NCBI GenBank assembly: GCA_963920595.1
Contig: OY986946.1
Location: 1,116,001 to 1,180,000 of the forward strand
Source: Eimeria praecox
Lineage: Eukaryota
Direction of reading: 5' to 3'
Length of the DNA stretch: 64,000 nt
The notes under the pieces were generated by a model, which saw nothing but the letters and a program-made list of their open reading frames with translations, made no database searches and was not told where the DNA came from. This document shows positions 62,397-64,000 of this stretch, piece after piece (positions within the stretch are counted from its first letter, which is position 1; the number at the start of each line of letters is the position of its first letter). Both the position numbers and the translations under genes were made by a program.

Positions 62397-64000
62397 TTAA
62401 GCAGTGACTTGCACTGGCAGGTAGGCGTCGGTAACGGCTGTATGAGTTGAATGCCCAGCTTGGGGTGCGCCTCTACGCGCTTTTATTCTGCTTATCGTCA
62501 GGACTTTGGCTCGTCGTGCGTACTTCTTGGCTACAGCCAGAGTGCTTATCATGCAACGGTCATTCATGCGAGACGGCGATCGGCCCCGAAGACCCAAGGC
62601 GAGGGACGCCTTCTCCGAAATATCTTCTTCCCTCATTCCGAATTCCGGGAAAATGCGTGTAATTTGCGGAAAGCATTGTGGAATGCGGGCGAACAGCAAG
62701 CCAATGAAGCCGATAAGGATGCTCAAGAACCACTGCTCCAATGTAAGGCCCTGAGAATAACAGGCAACTACCTCCCAAGCCGGCAGCGTCCAAAGCACGG
62801 AATATGGATACAAGCTCTTCAGTTGTGCGGGTAGGGGCTGAGATGCATGCATGCTACAGCACAAGCATGCTTGCACCTCGATTCTCCGTATTCGTAGATT
62901 TCCAACTGCTATTTACCAAATATTTACACGTTAGCAACACTAATACGTGCATCGCTGAAAATGTCAAATTCTTACACTATATAGGAGTGTTGTATACCAT
63001 ACTACTGGGTATGAAGTATCGTATGCATCCCAGTAAATCTTGGAGGGAGTCGGGCTTGGGGAGACCTGTGCGGCTTACCTCACGGTGACAGCCCAGCATA
63101 GGGCCGCCGTACTCCACCATCAAGACTTGTGAGCAGAGAATAAAGAGCCAAATGAAGAACCCCAAAGGGTTGCTTGTCATCTTGACAAAAAGTCGAGGCA
63201 AAGACATTTTTTTGGCGAAATCCTCTTCGACGTCCCTGGCGTTGATCATGTTAAACAGCTGCATGAGCACGAATGTGTTGAATACAAATGTCAGGTGTCG
63301 GGATGGCCCAATAATTCCTATCCAACGCTCCTCGTAGTCTTCGTCCGTGGAGAACAATTTGAACCTTCTGCCAGATCTCATGAGGCTTCCTTGCCCTGCA
63401 ACAAAACAGGAAAGCACAACGGATATACGTTGCTTCACTCTTGTTGGTCTCCTGAAATCTGCTCTAATTTATAATGTGGCCTTGCCATAACCCAGGAATT
63501 CAGAAGCATAAATGCGGCATGAACTCTTGGACGCACCTGTCATGGGGTCGCAGTCTGAGAATTCACAGAAGTCATTGTTGGATCTATCTGCTGGCAAAAG
63601 GTACCCCCATTCCTTTTCAGGGAGAAAGCAGTCTCCAAAGAAGATGAGTGCCATCATGACAACGAGTTGGTACACTGCAGACGTTGTGATGGTGAGCGCC
63701 ATAGACCGCGAAATAAGCGACTGATGCCTGTGGTGCGGTTTCTCTTTAAGAAGATCGGGTGTTGGCATCTCCGTGGCCAGAGCGAGGGAGCCGAAGCTGT
63801 CCATGATGAGGTTGACCCACAGCATCTGCACGGCGGTCAAGGGGGAGTCCCGCAACAGAGCTGCACAGACAATCGTCGTGATCACGGCCACCACATTAAC
63901 GGTGAGCTGGAACTGCAGAAAGCGTTGGATGTTGCTGTAGACATTCCTTCCCCACTTCACGGCCTGCACAATGCACTGGAAGTTGTCGTCTAGCATGACA
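62397..64000 (-). CDS. P-type IIB (PMCA-type) Ca2+-ATPase, C-terminal part (5' truncated by window)
   Basis: [87 protein letters not shown]. Confidence 0.96.

Overview
Intron-rich eukaryotic nuclear DNA from a coccidian apicomplexan (Eimeria/Cyclospora-like). The assignment rests on GT-AG spliceosomal introns, short CAG-type repeats, repeated TGCATGCA octamers and an apicomplexan-type ATP synthase subunit b. I can support about 12 multi-exon protein genes: an unknown coiled-coil protein with a possible RWD-like C-terminus; an At4g15545/NAIP-like protein; the LSG1 GTPase; ATP synthase subunit b; a BT1 folate/biopterin transporter; STT3; a TRAPPC11-like protein; a ~1900-aa F-box + ubiquitin-like + DHU1-like WD40 protein; a large unknown protein with a ~20-aa helical repeat; an ALMT/FUSC-type transporter; an MMTAG2-like protein; and the 3' end of a PMCA-type Ca2+-ATPase. 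I found no tRNA, rRNA, CRISPR array or transposon. The strongest novelty candidates are the F-box/UBL/DWD-WD40 fusion and the 20-aa repeat protein. All family calls come from recognising motifs by eye, not from database searches, and exon boundaries were read manually.
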